Assembly: GCA_963662465.1 (NCBI GenBank) | Contig: OY759599.1 | Span: 3,712,001 to 3,776,000, forward strand | Length of the DNA stretch: 64,000 nt | Direction of reading: 5' to 3' | Source: Desulfatiglandales bacterium | GTDB lineage: Bacteria > Desulfobacterota > DSM-4660 > Desulfatiglandales > Desulfatiglandaceae | In this document: positions 38,743-49,614 of the stretch, piece by piece | Layout: every line of letters begins with the position of its first letter | How positions within the stretch are numbered: the stretch's first letter is position 1 | Translations under genes and position numbers: made by a program | Notes under the pieces: generated by a model | What the model saw: only the letters and a program-made list of their open reading frames with translations | Told to the model about the DNA's origin: nothing | The model's database searches: none

Positions 38743-38973
38743 ATGAAAGTGAAAACATCCATCACCCTTTCGGAAGAAATTCTGAAGGAAGTCGATCGCC
38801 TGTCCTACGGATACGGAAACCGGTCAGCCCTTATTGAAAAGGCGATTCGAGAATTCCTGGCCGCAGGGGAAAAGCGGAGGCGTGATCGTAAAGACATTGA
38901 AATTCTTAATCAACGGGCGGATGCTTTGAACAAAGAAGCGGATGAAGTTCTTCGCTATCAGGTAGATTTATGA
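38743..38973 (+). CDS. Ribbon-helix-helix antitoxin (MazE/CopG-like)
   Basis: [18 protein letters not shown]...[22 protein letters not shown]; overlaps the toxin start. Confidence 0.8.
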   Translation: MKVKTSITLSEEILKEVDRLSYGYGNRSALIEKAIREFLAAGEKRRRDRKDIEILNQRADALNKEADEVLRYQVDL

Positions 38974-39521
38974 AGCGCGGGGAACTCTACCGGGTGTACA
39001 AAGCATCTTCTCATGATCCGAAGGCTTACAGGGTGTTTGTGATTGTGAGCCGCCAGGTTCTGCTTGACTCCCGTTTTTCAACCGCCGTTTGTGCGCCGGT
39101 TTATTCCACCCATGACGGCCTTTCAACCCAGGTACCCGTTGGGGTTGACGATGGTTTGAAACATGACAGCAGTATCCATTGTGATGAGTTGATCAGTATC
39201 CCCAAATCGGCTCTAACTCATTTCATCGGCACACTCAGCCCACGCAAAATTGAGGTTCTGAACCAGGCCTTACGGGTTGCTCTGGGGTTGGATTGTTTTG
39301 ACGAGATCTCTATCAAAAAATCCATTGACAGACAACCGTATTCATGCAGAAAAATGGTGCCTATGTCAATTTACATGTATTTCCTCGGAGAAACGCGCTA
39401 TGTATACAAGACTATTGTGGTTCCCCGCCAACCCCAGGCGAAGTTTTTTCCTATGGGGACCCAGGCAAACCGGAAAAACCACCCTGTTGAAGTCTGTTTA
39501 TCCGAAAGGGCACCGCATTGA
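38970..39521 (+). CDS. PemK/MazF-family toxin (core to ~39295, ORF runs on)
   Basis: MKRGELYRV...R.FVIVS...CAPV...[16 protein letters not shown]...IG.LS...L..ALRVALGL. Confidence 0.8.
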   Translation: MKRGELYRVYKASSHDPKAYRVFVIVSRQVLLDSRFSTAVCAPVYSTHDGLSTQVPVGVDDGLKHDSSIHCDELISIPKSALTHFIGTLSPRKIEVLNQALRVALGLDCFDEISIKKSIDRQPYSCRKMVPMSIYMYFLGETRYVYKTIVVPRQPQAKFFPMGTQANRKNHPVEVCLSERAPH

Positions 39522-39965
39522 CTTGCTGAAAACCGATGAGTTGATGCGGTATTTGCAGCGTCCCTCATTGTTACGCGAAATCGCGGCTGCGCTACCCAAA
39601 GGAAAAACGATTGTCATTGACGAAATTCATTATCTGATTCAGGCGCAAGGAACCGTCTTCGCACTCTGCGGTTCTCCCAGATGCACTACGATATTTCCTA
39701 CTGGCGCTTGTCAAGTGGTATTGAGGTCGATTTTATCCTGGGGCCTGGTACCGTAGCCGTGGAGGTTAAAGCAAAAGTACGCGTTACCGAGAATGATTTG
39801 GGAGGTCTCCGCCACTTTCGCCGGGAATACCCAAAGGTTTTTCACCTGATTGTGGTTTGTCTGAAAACCCGGCACCGCGGGACTGAAGATGGTATCCATA
39901 TTCTGCCCTACCGGAAATTCATTCAGTCCTTTTGGGAAGGCACATGGGATGGAATACTGCCATAG
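39400..39965 (+). pseudogene. Internally deleted AAA_14/DUF4143 ATPase
   Basis: [19 protein letters not shown] joined out of frame to YWR..GIEVDF..AVEVK. Confidence 0.75.
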
Positions 39966-41155
39966 TCCATTCCGCTCCTGGGCATCAAAAAGACCAAAAC
40001 AAACGCCACAAACGCCAACAGGCCGCAAATGCCGAACAACACCTCAAGCCCCCAGTGCGCCACAATCACGCCGCCCACGAAGGGGCCCGCAAAAAAACCG
40101 GCCTGCTGCATCTCCATCAGATAATTGGTGTTGAGACCGCGCAATGCCGGGGGGCTGTTCTGAAACATCAAGGCGTTGCACAGGGGGGAGGTCAGGCCCC
40201 AGCCCGCGCCCAAAGCCATGGCCAATAAAAAAAAAGGGATTTGCCCGTGTACCAGGCCCAATAAAAGAAGCGAGACGGCGAGCAGCCCCAGGGCCGCGGC
40301 AAATAGATGACGCGCCCCCACTTTGTCGGCCCAGGGCAAGGCCAAAAGCCGGGTGCCGACCATGCTCACCGTTACAACGGTAAAGAAGAGTCCCGCATGG
40401 GCCAGGCTTCTGCTTTCGGCGAAGGTTTTAATAAAGTAGAAAACCGGCGCATAGCCCATGTAAATCAGAAAATAGATCATCAGCAGAATCGCCACGGGTC
40501 TTTGGGTTAAATTCCGTCGCAGACCTTGCGCACTCAGTCTTTCAAAAGGACCTTCCTCCTGATTTGCGCCCCGGGTCGGCGGTTTGGCCACCAGTAACAA
40601 GGGAAAAACAGCCAGCATGCAAAGGGCAACCAGCTTGAGCACGCCTGGGAATCCGCCCATTTCGGCGGATAGAAACCCCATCAGTGGGGGGAGCACGGCA
40701 TAGGGCAGGAGGTTTATGTTCATTACGAAACCGAAAGCGCTGCTGCTTTTTTCTTTGGGGATATAGGCCATCAAAAGAGCGGTCAGGGCCGTGACCAAAA
40801 AAACATGCCCCAGGCCATGGACCACACGGACCGCCAGCAGACCTGAAAAATTCTGAAAATAGCCATAGGCGAGAAGGGCCGCCATCATCAGTGCCGCACC
40901 CAGCGCCATGTAGGGCCTAGCATTATCCGGATGGAACATCGGCGCGATAAACGGGCGCACCAAAAGGGACGTAAAAGAAAAAACGCCGATAATCAAGCCA
41001 AACCATCGTGGGTCAAGATCCAGGGTTCCCAGATAGGTGTAAAACTGGAAGAAAACGGCCATGTTGCAAAAGGCCAAAAAGAGAATGCCATTTAAGGCAA
41101 AGAACGCCTTGTTCATGAAACCGGGACGGGTTGGATTCTGTTTTTCTGTTTTCAT
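39923..41155 (-). CDS. MFS transporter
   Basis: About 12 hydrophobic segments; 'RVVHGLG', 'WADKVGAR'. Confidence 0.85.
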   Translation of the reverse strand: MKTEKQNPTRPGFMNKAFFALNGILFLAFCNMAVFFQFYTYLGTLDLDPRWFGLIIGVFSFTSLLVRPFIAPMFHPDNARPYMALGAALMMAALLAYGYFQNFSGLLAVRVVHGLGHVFLVTALTALLMAYIPKEKSSSAFGFVMNINLLPYAVLPPLMGFLSAEMGGFPGVLKLVALCMLAVFPLLLVAKPPTRGANQEEGPFERLSAQGLRRNLTQRPVAILLMIYFLIYMGYAPVFYFIKTFAESRSLAHAGLFFTVVTVSMVGTRLLALPWADKVGARHLFAAALGLLAVSLLLLGLVHGQIPFFLLAMALGAGWGLTSPLCNALMFQNSPPALRGLNTNYLMEMQQAGFFAGPFVGGVIVAHWGLEVLFGICGLLAFVAFVLVFLMPRSGMDYGSIPSHVPSQKD

Positions 41156-41164
41156 GTCGGCGAA

Positions 41165-41360
41165 AAAATTTGGGCAGGTTTATGACGATCCGTTTTCAAC
41201 AAGATACGGCTTTCTTCGGTTCCATGTCAAACAGGCCTTCCACCGTTGTTTGGACAGCGGGATTCTACATAATGGCCTTGCAGGGGTCAAATGTAAAAAA
41301 TGCATTTACGAATTATTACGCACATTTTCATGCGAACATCGCTTCGGGGTTTCCGTCTAA
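41165..41360 (+). pseudogene. IS91-family transposase Zn-binding-domain fragment
   Basis: VYDD.F..RYGFLR...CLDSGILHNGLA.VKCKKC.....FSC. Confidence 0.65.
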
Positions 41361-41433
41361 ACCTCAATTTAAAGCTTGATTTTAAGTAAATCCGAAGTTA
41401 AGATTTGCAATATCATAAATACAGGAAGAGGAT

Positions 41434-42603
41434 ATGTGGGTAAAACGCCAGCTAAAAAATAGAATTCTTCAAATGACGGCATCCAGGCCCGCCCTGCTGT
41501 TAACCGGGGCCAGACAGACCGGGAAGACATCTTTGCTTCAACGGCTGTTTCCTGACGTGGAATACATTACCTTTGATTATTTGCGGCAGGTGGCGGCCGC
41601 TAAGGAATCTCCGGAACATTTTCTCAGCCAATTTGAGAAGCAGGTGATTCTCGACGAAATTCAATATGTACCCGAATTGTTCCGGGAGCTGAAAATCGTT
41701 ATCGATAAAGAGCGGCGGAATTACGGCAAATGGATCATGACCGGCAGCCAACAGTTCGGACTCATGGAAAATATCAGTGAAAGCCTGGCCGGAAGAATCA
41801 CTATCTGCCACCTTGAAACGCTCAGTGCCGCTGAACTGAGAAATGAAAAAATTGACCCTGTCCATGATTTTTTGTGGAAAGGGGGCTACCCGGAACTCTG
41901 GTCAAATCCATCCCTTGAAATATCGGATTTTTTTGAAAGCTATATTCGAACCTATGTTGAAAGGGATCTGAAAACAATTATCGATGTAAAAAACTTGAGC
42001 GATTTCAGACGGTTTATTAGAATGATCGCTGCCAGGTGCGGTCAGCTTTTAAATTACAGGAGCCTGTCTTTGGATGTGGGGGTATCGGATGTCACCATCA
42101 GAAAATGGACCCACGCGCTGGAAATCAGCGGATTGATATATCTGTTGAATCCATACTACGCAAATATCGGAAAACGGCTCATAAAGTCTCCCAAAATTTA
42201 TTTTGCCGATCATGGACTGCTGTGTTACCTGCTGGGAATCGAAAACAGCGGGGACTGGCACGCCCACCCTCTGAAAGGGAGTTTATGGGAGAACCTGGTC
42301 ATGACGGAGCTGGTCAAGAATCATCATCTGGTCCCGGGAAACAATCTGTTTTTCTACAGGGATCAAAACGGCGTTGAAATCGATTTTGTTATAGAAAAGA
42401 AAGGGAACTTGTTTTTCATCGAAGCCAAGGCAGGGGAACGCATTGATCCCAAAAAGCTTCATTTTCAAAAGGTCGCGGCACTGTTCGGCAATCAATTTCA
42501 TATCGAAAAAGCACTGGCGCAAAATATCAATGAAACAAGCGTCATGCGGCAAAAAAACTATCGGACGTATAACCCATTGTATTCAACGTTAGATTTTCTG
42601 TGA
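41434..42603 (+). CDS. AAA_14 ATPase with DUF4143 C-terminus
   Basis: GARQTGKT, LDEIQ, TGSQ, GGYPE, YVERD, KSPKIYF.D.G, EIDF..EAK. Confidence 0.9.
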   Translation: MWVKRQLKNRILQMTASRPALLLTGARQTGKTSLLQRLFPDVEYITFDYLRQVAAAKESPEHFLSQFEKQVILDEIQYVPELFRELKIVIDKERRNYGKWIMTGSQQFGLMENISESLAGRITICHLETLSAAELRNEKIDPVHDFLWKGGYPELWSNPSLEISDFFESYIRTYVERDLKTIIDVKNLSDFRRFIRMIAARCGQLLNYRSLSLDVGVSDVTIRKWTHALEISGLIYLLNPYYANIGKRLIKSPKIYFADHGLLCYLLGIENSGDWHAHPLKGSLWENLVMTELVKNHHLVPGNNLFFYRDQNGVEIDFVIEKKGNLFFIEAKAGERIDPKKLHFQKVAALFGNQFHIEKALAQNINETSVMRQKNYRTYNPLYSTLDFL

Positions 42604-43442
42604 GCAAACCGGGGTTCGAGCAGACGCAAAAGAAGCCGGCCGGCCACCCTGCGGCGGTATTCGGCCCCTGCCCGCAGGTCTGTTATGGGCTTGATCATAC
42701 TGCTCACCAAACAAGCGGCTTCATCCAGCGTTATGCGATCCAAACGATGACCCACAAGGGTCTCTTCCACCCCGGGCACGGTCTGAATTGTGGGACCCAC
42801 ACTGCCCCAGGCCAGACGCGCCGCTCTGATGATCCCCCGACGGTCCAGATGAAGCATGGCAGCCAGGCTGACCAGCGAAATGGCTAGCACGTTTCTTTGT
42901 CCTACTTTTTCATAATATTGCAGGTTGTACCTTTCCGGTTCCTGGATCCAAACCGTCTTGAGTATTTCACCCCGTCTCAGGGTGGTGGCGCCGGGACCTG
43001 TTATGAATTCGGAAAGGGGGATATGGCGGATCGCTTTTTCACTCACCAGTTCCAACCGTGCGCCCAGCGCATACAGGGGCGGCAGCGTGTCTCCCGCGGG
43101 AGAAGCGGTACAGATATTGCCGCCCAGGGTGCCCATGTTGCGAATAGGCGGCGAACCCAGAACCCACAAGGCCTGGGCAAGTACGGGCAGTTTGTCCCTG
43201 ACCAGGGGTTCCGTCAACAGCCGGGCATGGGTGCATCCGGCGCCCAGGCCGATCCTGTCGCCTTTCTGAATCACGCCCTTAAGTTCCGCAACCCTTTCCA
43301 GGCAGATCAGATCAGGCAATCCGCTTTGTCCTTTTTTGGCCGCCAGGACATCCGTCCCCCCGTTATAGATCATGGCGCGGGGCATCTGTTTCAATTGCCT
43401 CCAGACTTCGTCCAGGCTTTGGGGGAGCGCCAGATGATTCAT
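42558..43442 (-). CDS. Xanthine dehydrogenase family FAD-binding subunit
   Basis: GGTD, IRNMGTLGGNI.TASPAGD, PITDLRA..EYR. Confidence 0.9.
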   Translation of the reverse strand: MNHLALPQSLDEVWRQLKQMPRAMIYNGGTDVLAAKKGQSGLPDLICLERVAELKGVIQKGDRIGLGAGCTHARLLTEPLVRDKLPVLAQALWVLGSPPIRNMGTLGGNICTASPAGDTLPPLYALGARLELVSEKAIRHIPLSEFITGPGATTLRRGEILKTVWIQEPERYNLQYYEKVGQRNVLAISLVSLAAMLHLDRRGIIRAARLAWGSVGPTIQTVPGVEETLVGHRLDRITLDEAACLVSSMIKPITDLRAGAEYRRRVAGRLLLRLLEPRFAHRKSNVEYNGLYVR

Positions 43443-43915
43443 TGCTTGCTTTCCCCGTCCGGTTGCAGGGATGCTGAAAGAATGGCATCAACAATCTTTG
43501 TATACCCCGTGCAACGGCATATATTGCCCGAGATGGCCCGTTTAATCTCTTGCTTATTGGGTGAAGGATGTTTTTCCAAAAATGCATGGGCGGCCAGAAT
43601 CATTCCCGGCGTGCAAAATCCGCATTGCACCGCGCCCTTGTCTTCAAAGGCTTTTTGCAGGGGGTGAAGCGTCTTTTCCTGCCCCAGACCTTCTATGGTA
43701 ACCACCCGGCGTCCGTGGAGCTGGCCGGCCAGCATGAGGCAGCTAAGCTTTTGTTCTCCATCGACCAGAATGCTGCATGAACCACATTCGCCGCTTCCAC
43801 AGGATTCTTTCGTACCGGTGCAGCCCAGGTCATACCGGAGCAGATCAATGGCCCGTCTGTCCGGCCGAATGTTCAGGGTCTTTTCATGACCATTTAACGT
43901 AAAGCGTATTTTCAA
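43439..43915 (-). CDS. Xanthine dehydrogenase family 2Fe-2S subunit
   Basis: C-GSGECGSC...SC, QCGFCTPG, CRCTGY. Confidence 0.92.
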   Translation of the reverse strand: MKIRFTLNGHEKTLNIRPDRRAIDLLRYDLGCTGTKESCGSGECGSCSILVDGEQKLSCLMLAGQLHGRRVVTIEGLGQEKTLHPLQKAFEDKGAVQCGFCTPGMILAAHAFLEKHPSPNKQEIKRAISGNICRCTGYTKIVDAILSASLQPDGESKQ

Positions 43916-46215
43916 GGCTCGTCCTTTCCCTGATTTTCCATCAACGCCCCGAGCACGCGTTCAGCGGTCAGCGGCGCCCTGTACACACGCACGCCCAGGG
44001 CATCGGCCACACCGTTGGCCACGGCGGGCAAAGGCCCGCAGATGGGGAGCTCGCCCACGCCTTTCAAACCATAAGGGCCGCTCGATTCATGGGTCTGAAT
44101 TGCAATGGAGATCATCTCCGGCACATCCAAACTGGTGGGCAGGATATAAGTGGCAAAATCCTCTGTCTCAATATGACCGTCACGCACTTTAAAATCTTCT
44201 AGGAGCCCATAACCCAACCCCTGAACAATGCCGCCCTGCACTTGTTGTTCAAAAATATGGGGGTTGATCACTCTTCCGCAGTCTGAGACGGCCAGGTATT
44301 TGGCAACCTGCACCCGGCCCGTGATTTCATCCACCTCCACCAGGGCCATATGCGCGCCGTAGGAAAAGAGCCCATGTCCCATGCCCAAACCCGACATCCT
44401 GAATTGGGCCCTCGATACATCCGGCGCGGTGGGGGCCCTGAAATATCCGGTGGCCGTACGCTCCGACCGGGCCATGTAACCCGCTAAGCGGGTCAAGGGA
44501 ATACGGTTCCCGGTGGGCAGATGGCGGATCGCCCCCGGCAACAAAACAAAATGGGTTAAATGATCATCCGCATTCAGGAAAGCAGCGGCTCGTTCCAGCA
44601 AGGCTTTATTCAGGTTTTCGGCCGCCTTGATCAGTGCATTGCCGAAAATATACGTGGTACGGCTGGCCGAGGCTGAACCGGAGGGAAGGGTTCGACCGGT
44701 ATCGGGCAAAACCAACTCCAGATCAGCTATTCTTTGGTTAAGGCGCTCGCCTGCAATCTGCAGATAGGTGGGGGCATTGCCTTGCCCCATATCCACAATG
44801 CCGGAATAGACCCGGAACCTGCCCTCCCGGGTCAATCTGATTTTGGCGGTGGCATAGTCCGGCACCTGGGGTCCAAAGCCCACGGAATGAAGAATACAGG
44901 CCAGCCCTTTACCCCTTTTTCGAAAAGGCGGCGCTTTTTTTTTCCAGGCTTCAGCCGTCTGCCACAGGGGATGATCCGCCAGTTCTTCAATACACATGCC
45001 GATGCCGGTTGACGTCTGCAGGGTTAGACCCAAACTGTTTTCATCCCCCCGCTCAAGCGCATTCATCCGCCTGAGATACAAAGGATCCATATGAAGGCGG
45101 TGAGCCAGAATATCCATCATCTGCTCCATGGCAAAAGCGGCCTGGGGCACCCCGAATCCTCTGAAAGGGCCCGAAACGGGGTTGTTGGTGTAAACGGTTC
45201 GGGCATGAAGACTCACATTGGGTATGCGATAGGGCCCTCCGGCACTCTCCAGGCATTGACTGAGCACCTCGGCGCCCAGGTTGGCATAGGCCCCGTTGTC
45301 CATATGAATATCGCATTCAAGGGCCAAAAGCCTTCCCTGGTCGTCCGCTCCCAAACGGTATTTCAGCCTTCCGCCAAGGCGCTTGGTACTGGCAGTGAAA
45401 CTCTCCTTGCGATCCCAGATCATCATGACCGGTCGGCCACGGGTATTCAGAGCGGCCAGAGCCAATAGGCACTGAACGGAAGCGCCATCCTTGCCGCCGA
45501 AACCGCCTCCCATGGCGGGCGTTTTGATTCTGATCCGCAGGGGATCAAGACCCAGAGCCTGAGCCACTTCCAGGCGATCCCGAAAGGGCGCCTGGGTGGC
45601 GACGGTCATGACCAACTGACCATCCGGCTCCAGACGGGCAAAACCGGCTTCGGTTTCCAGATAGGCGTGTTCCTGGCAAGGGACCCTGAACTCGCCTGTC
45701 ACCACGGCCTTGCAGTCGACAAAGGCCCTGCTTCCTTTTCCGGTTTCATGATTCAACCCCACCAGCAAATTGCCCCCTTCGTGTTCCGGATGGACCAGAG
45801 GGGCATGGGGTTCAAGTGCATCCAAGGGATCAAAAACGCCCGGCAGTTGATCGATGGTAAAGGAAATATGGTCCAATGCCTCTTTAAGGCCCGACTTGTC
45901 TTTGGCCACCACAAGGGCCACGGGGTCACCTGTGCGATGAATGCGATCCTCAACAAGAACCGGTTGATCTTTGTGTGTGATTCCCTGCCGATTGCTTCCC
46001 GGTACATCCTGGGCCGTCAAAACAGCGACTGTTCCCAAAAGGGCTTTGGCGGTTTTGGTCTCAACTGAAAGCAGCCTGGCGCAAGGCACATGGGCCCGCT
46101 TTACGCCGGCCCAGAGCATGTCGGATTGAAACAGATCGGCCGTGTATTTTTCTTGTCCCCGAACTTTTTGATGGGCATCGACGCGTATCAGGGATTGACC
46201 TATTTCTATTGCCAT
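43912..46215 (-). CDS. Xanthine dehydrogenase family molybdopterin-binding subunit
   Basis: HAYLE, MGGGFGGK, FRGFG.PQ, DMGQG, SASRT, GLKGVGE; start MAIEIG at 46215. Confidence 0.9.
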   Translation of the reverse strand: MAIEIGQSLIRVDAHQKVRGQEKYTADLFQSDMLWAGVKRAHVPCARLLSVETKTAKALLGTVAVLTAQDVPGSNRQGITHKDQPVLVEDRIHRTGDPVALVVAKDKSGLKEALDHISFTIDQLPGVFDPLDALEPHAPLVHPEHEGGNLLVGLNHETGKGSRAFVDCKAVVTGEFRVPCQEHAYLETEAGFARLEPDGQLVMTVATQAPFRDRLEVAQALGLDPLRIRIKTPAMGGGFGGKDGASVQCLLALAALNTRGRPVMMIWDRKESFTASTKRLGGRLKYRLGADDQGRLLALECDIHMDNGAYANLGAEVLSQCLESAGGPYRIPNVSLHARTVYTNNPVSGPFRGFGVPQAAFAMEQMMDILAHRLHMDPLYLRRMNALERGDENSLGLTLQTSTGIGMCIEELADHPLWQTAEAWKKKAPPFRKRGKGLACILHSVGFGPQVPDYATAKIRLTREGRFRVYSGIVDMGQGNAPTYLQIAGERLNQRIADLELVLPDTGRTLPSGSASASRTTYIFGNALIKAAENLNKALLERAAAFLNADDHLTHFVLLPGAIRHLPTGNRIPLTRLAGYMARSERTATGYFRAPTAPDVSRAQFRMSGLGMGHGLFSYGAHMALVEVDEITGRVQVAKYLAVSDCGRVINPHIFEQQVQGGIVQGLGYGLLEDFKVRDGHIETEDFATYILPTSLDVPEMISIAIQTHESSGPYGLKGVGELPICGPLPAVANGVADALGVRVYRAPLTAERVLGALMENQGKDEP

Positions 46216-46360
46216 GAAAACATTCGAACCCCTTAGGGAGTTGATAATTGATGAGGTAATAAGGCATTGCTTTTTCCAGCGATGAGAATAGAAAAAAATC
46301 GTTTTGTGGGTCAAGAGAAAAGGAACCGACACATGTAATGGATATTCTTCATAGCTCCCA

Positions 46361-46500
46361 TTAGGCAACCGTTAAGGCTAATTCCCCCGTTTTAAAGCAT
46401 AGATTTCCATTTATTACAGCTTTTACAATCTTCTTAAAATTGTGAACCGCGCAAGCCAACGAATATTCATTTTCCATTTGCCTTTGCATGCCCCAGCAAA
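46361..46500 (-). pseudogene. C-terminal fragment of an IS1182-like transposase
   Basis: 'E.EYSLACAVHNFKKI'. Confidence 0.45.
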
Positions 46501-46544
46501 TTGAAATCTCTAAATCCGCTATCCTCGATTTGACCAAAACATTC

Positions 46545-46907
46545 AGCAATTTAAAATAATTGTGATCAATATAGGCTTGAAAGATTGGCTGATTATGAAT
46601 TAATTGTCCAATGGTATTCAGATTTTTCTTCTTCATTCACTGCATCAATGGATGGTTGAATTTTTGATAATGCCTTGAAAAGTACGACATCCTTCATGTT
46701 ACGATGTATTTTCGCAATGGACGCATTCGATTGAAGGGCAGCATTTGATACGACCAACGGATGATTATAGATTGTGCTGGTCAGGTGGGTGAGGGTACGG
46801 ATTTCATATAGGGTAAACAGACCAAAAACTAAGAATATGGTAATCAATGCAGCAAAACTCAATACCAATCTTCGCGTAACGCTTACTTGTTTTGGTTTCC
46901 CCATCAT
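46545..46907 (-). pseudogene. Truncated sensor/MCP (TM + four-helix bundle) N-terminus
   Basis: 'RRLVLSFAALI...IYNHPLVVSNA...IHRNMKDVVL' then frameshift and truncation. Confidence 0.55.
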
Positions 46908-47318
46908 ATGTCTCCATTATAAATCATTTTCAACAAGAATAAGGAAACAGGAACCTTGTATTTACTTGAGTTTTCGAAAAATAATTCTTTCCAAATCGCC
47001 AACGTTGGCATAAAACATACTGAGACAGTAATTTACAACAAAAATCAATGGCTTACGATTTTTCAATTCGATGATCTAAATTCTTCTTGTGATTTTCACA
47101 CTGGTGTTTTTTATTTTCGAAAACACGAAAAATTCGATCTGCATGCTAAGTGTTTAACAATAAAAATTTTTTACCTGCGTCAACTATCTGAAATGACAAA
47201 GCGAATAAAGTTTCTAGCAATTTTTATGCCAATTATCTAAGTTTTGCGCAAACCAATTTTCGAAAACTCAAGAACTTAAAACCTAAAACTTAAAACCGTG
47301 CCTGAACGGGGTTTTCGT

Positions 47319-48245
47319 TCAGGCACTATACAAACGTTTCAGAACATCGCCCGCGCCCGTGGACAGGAGTTTTTGGGCCAGGCGTATTCCCATTTCTTCG
47401 GCCTGGTCCCGCTTGCCGGTCACGGTTTCCTTGAAAATTTTTGACCCGTCCAGCTCCGCCACCAGACCTTCAATGAAAAGGGCATCCCCTTTGATTCGAG
47501 CGAAACCGGCGATGGGCGCCTGACACCCGCCTTCAAGGGTTTTCAGAAAAGCCCTTTCAGCGATAACCTCGGTTTGAGTATCCGCATGGTTTAAAAAATC
47601 GAGCAGACCTATGGTCTTCCGATCCTCTCGCCTCACTTCAAGCCCCAGCGCCCCCTGACCGACGGCCGGCAGTACCTGGTGAAAGGGGATGGCCTGGGTG
47701 ATTAGATGGGAAAGTCCTAGACGGTTGAGACCGGCAGTTGCCAGTATGATGGACTGGATATCCCCTGATTGCAGTTTGTTAAGCCGCGTATCCACATTCC
47801 CTCGCAAGGATACCAGCGTCAGATCCGGGCGAAAATGAAGCAACTGCGCTCCTCTTCTGAGGCTGCTGGTCCCCACACGAGCGCCTTCCGGCAATTGATC
47901 CAGCGGTTTTTGTCCTTGGGAAATCAGCGCATCCGATGGGTCTTCCCGCAGGGGAAATGTGGAAAGCACCAGACGCTCCGGTAATTGCGCGGGTACGTCT
48001 TTCATGCTGTGAACCGCCACATCGACTGTTTTTTCCAGGAGCGCCTCTTCAATCTCTTTGACGAAGAGGCCTTTGCCGCCGACTTTGCTCAGCGGGACAT
48101 CAAGGATCTTATCCCCCGTTGTTTTAATCTTTACCAGATCAACGCGGATGCCGGAATGCCGCCTCTCCAATTGTTCCTTGATCCATTCACTTTGTACAAG
48201 GGCCAGTTTGCTGCCCCGTGTGCCGATTCTGATGTCCACGGTCAT
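47319..48245 (-). CDS. hemC: Hydroxymethylbilane synthase
   Basis: IGTRGSKLAL.Q, GGKGLFVKE, VHSMKD, GTSSLRR, LEGGCQ.P. Confidence 0.97.
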   Translation of the reverse strand: MTVDIRIGTRGSKLALVQSEWIKEQLERRHSGIRVDLVKIKTTGDKILDVPLSKVGGKGLFVKEIEEALLEKTVDVAVHSMKDVPAQLPERLVLSTFPLREDPSDALISQGQKPLDQLPEGARVGTSSLRRGAQLLHFRPDLTLVSLRGNVDTRLNKLQSGDIQSIILATAGLNRLGLSHLITQAIPFHQVLPAVGQGALGLEVRREDRKTIGLLDFLNHADTQTEVIAERAFLKTLEGGCQAPIAGFARIKGDALFIEGLVAELDGSKIFKETVTGKRDQAEEMGIRLAQKLLSTGAGDVLKRLYSA

Positions 48246-48946
48246 TTCACCAAAGGATGTTTTAATTTTAACAGAAATTGGGCCAGCGCCAGGTCATGGG
48301 GAGTGGTCACCTTGATGTTATCTTCCGACCCTTTCACCACCCTGACCGGTATGCCCAGTTTTTCGATGAGATGGGCGTCATCGGTGGCGTCCGTCAACCC
48401 TTGAGCCAGGGCTTCCCGGTGAGCTTTAAGGATATCTTCATAATAGAAGGCCTGAGGCGTTTGAACCATCCATACCTTTGTTCTGTCATAGGTGGTGGTC
48501 ACCTGGCGGTAGTTCACTTCCTTGACGGTTTCCTTGGCGGGAAGGGCGGCGATGGCGGCGCGGTGTTTGATGGCGGTTTGGATAACCATTTCCACCAGGT
48601 CCGGTTCGATTATGGGACGAACCCCATCGTGAATCAGAACGAGATCATGCCCGCCGTTTACGGCTTCGAGACCCAAGCGAACCGAGTCCTGCCTCAGTTT
48701 GCCCCCGGGCACCACTTTCACGACTTTAAAAATGCCGAATTTTTCGACAATCTCTTTTCGGCAGTAATCCACATCTTTTAAGGGGACAACCAAAATAATG
48801 GCATCCACCATTGTGCAGTTCTGCAGTGCGCCAAGGGTTACCGCCAGAATGGGCCGGTCTTCCAGATGAAGGAATTGCTTGGCGCGATTTCCGCCCATTC
48901 GAACGCCTGCGCCTGCCGCCGGAACGATTGCCACGGTTTTAGACAA
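48242..48946 (-). CDS. ispD: 2-C-methyl-D-erythritol 4-phosphate cytidylyltransferase
   Basis: PAAG.G.RMG...KQF, GG.RQDSV, IHDGVRP, QTPQ.F, TDD, NIKVTTP.DL. Confidence 0.95.
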   Translation of the reverse strand: MSKTVAIVPAAGAGVRMGGNRAKQFLHLEDRPILAVTLGALQNCTMVDAIILVVPLKDVDYCRKEIVEKFGIFKVVKVVPGGKLRQDSVRLGLEAVNGGHDLVLIHDGVRPIIEPDLVEMVIQTAIKHRAAIAALPAKETVKEVNYRQVTTTYDRTKVWMVQTPQAFYYEDILKAHREALAQGLTDATDDAHLIEKLGIPVRVVKGSEDNIKVTTPHDLALAQFLLKLKHPLVK

Positions 48947-49125
48947 TGTTTTACCATGAAAATACAGCCGTTAGCAGTTAGCTATTAGCCGTTAGCTTAA
49001 AAGCGGTAGATATTATTTTCATCCGCGGGGGTGGCAAATCCTCTTGTCATGAGGGTTTACCTCGAAACAACAAAAGCAGGCAGAAGACCCGAAAACCCCC
49101 GATACCTGCTTATTGAAGCTGAACA

Positions 49126-49503
49126 TCAGGCGATGGCGGCCTTTCGGGTCAATTTTTTCAGTCGATTGATCCTGCGACGCAAAATGTTGACCGCTTTGGG
49201 GTCGCCTGCTCCCCGGACCTCTCCTTTTTTTCCTTTCAGGTTGATGATCTTGCCTTTCAGCTCTTTAAGGCTCAACTTAGGCTTGGTTATTTTCACTTTT
49301 CTCTTTGGTTCAACCACCTCTTCTTCAATGCCGTAGTATTCTCTGATGCTGGAAAGCAGATCGGCTTTCTCCATGGCGGTCACCCCGACGGCGCCGGGAA
49401 TTTCCATGGCCACTTCCTTTAATTCCACTACCGTCATTTTGTTCAGGGGTTTCTTGAATTCGGGTACTGCTGGTTTGGTTTCTTCTTTAATCTCTTCTGC
49501 CAT
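49126..49503 (-). CDS. Small basic protein with a Rho N-terminal-like motif
   Basis: 'L.KMTV.ELKE.A..IPG......M.KA.L'. Confidence 0.65.
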   Translation of the reverse strand: MAEEIKEETKPAVPEFKKPLNKMTVVELKEVAMEIPGAVGVTAMEKADLLSSIREYYGIEEEVVEPKRKVKITKPKLSLKELKGKIINLKGKKGEVRGAGDPKAVNILRRRINRLKKLTRKAAIA

Positions 49504-49614
49504 TTTCTTTGTTCTCCTGGTTTATATGATCTGGTGAGCCATTTTTTTTACCTGAATGAAGTATCCTTAATATCACAAACGGTCTGAAAAATGCAATAGG
49601 CCACCGCTTTTTTC

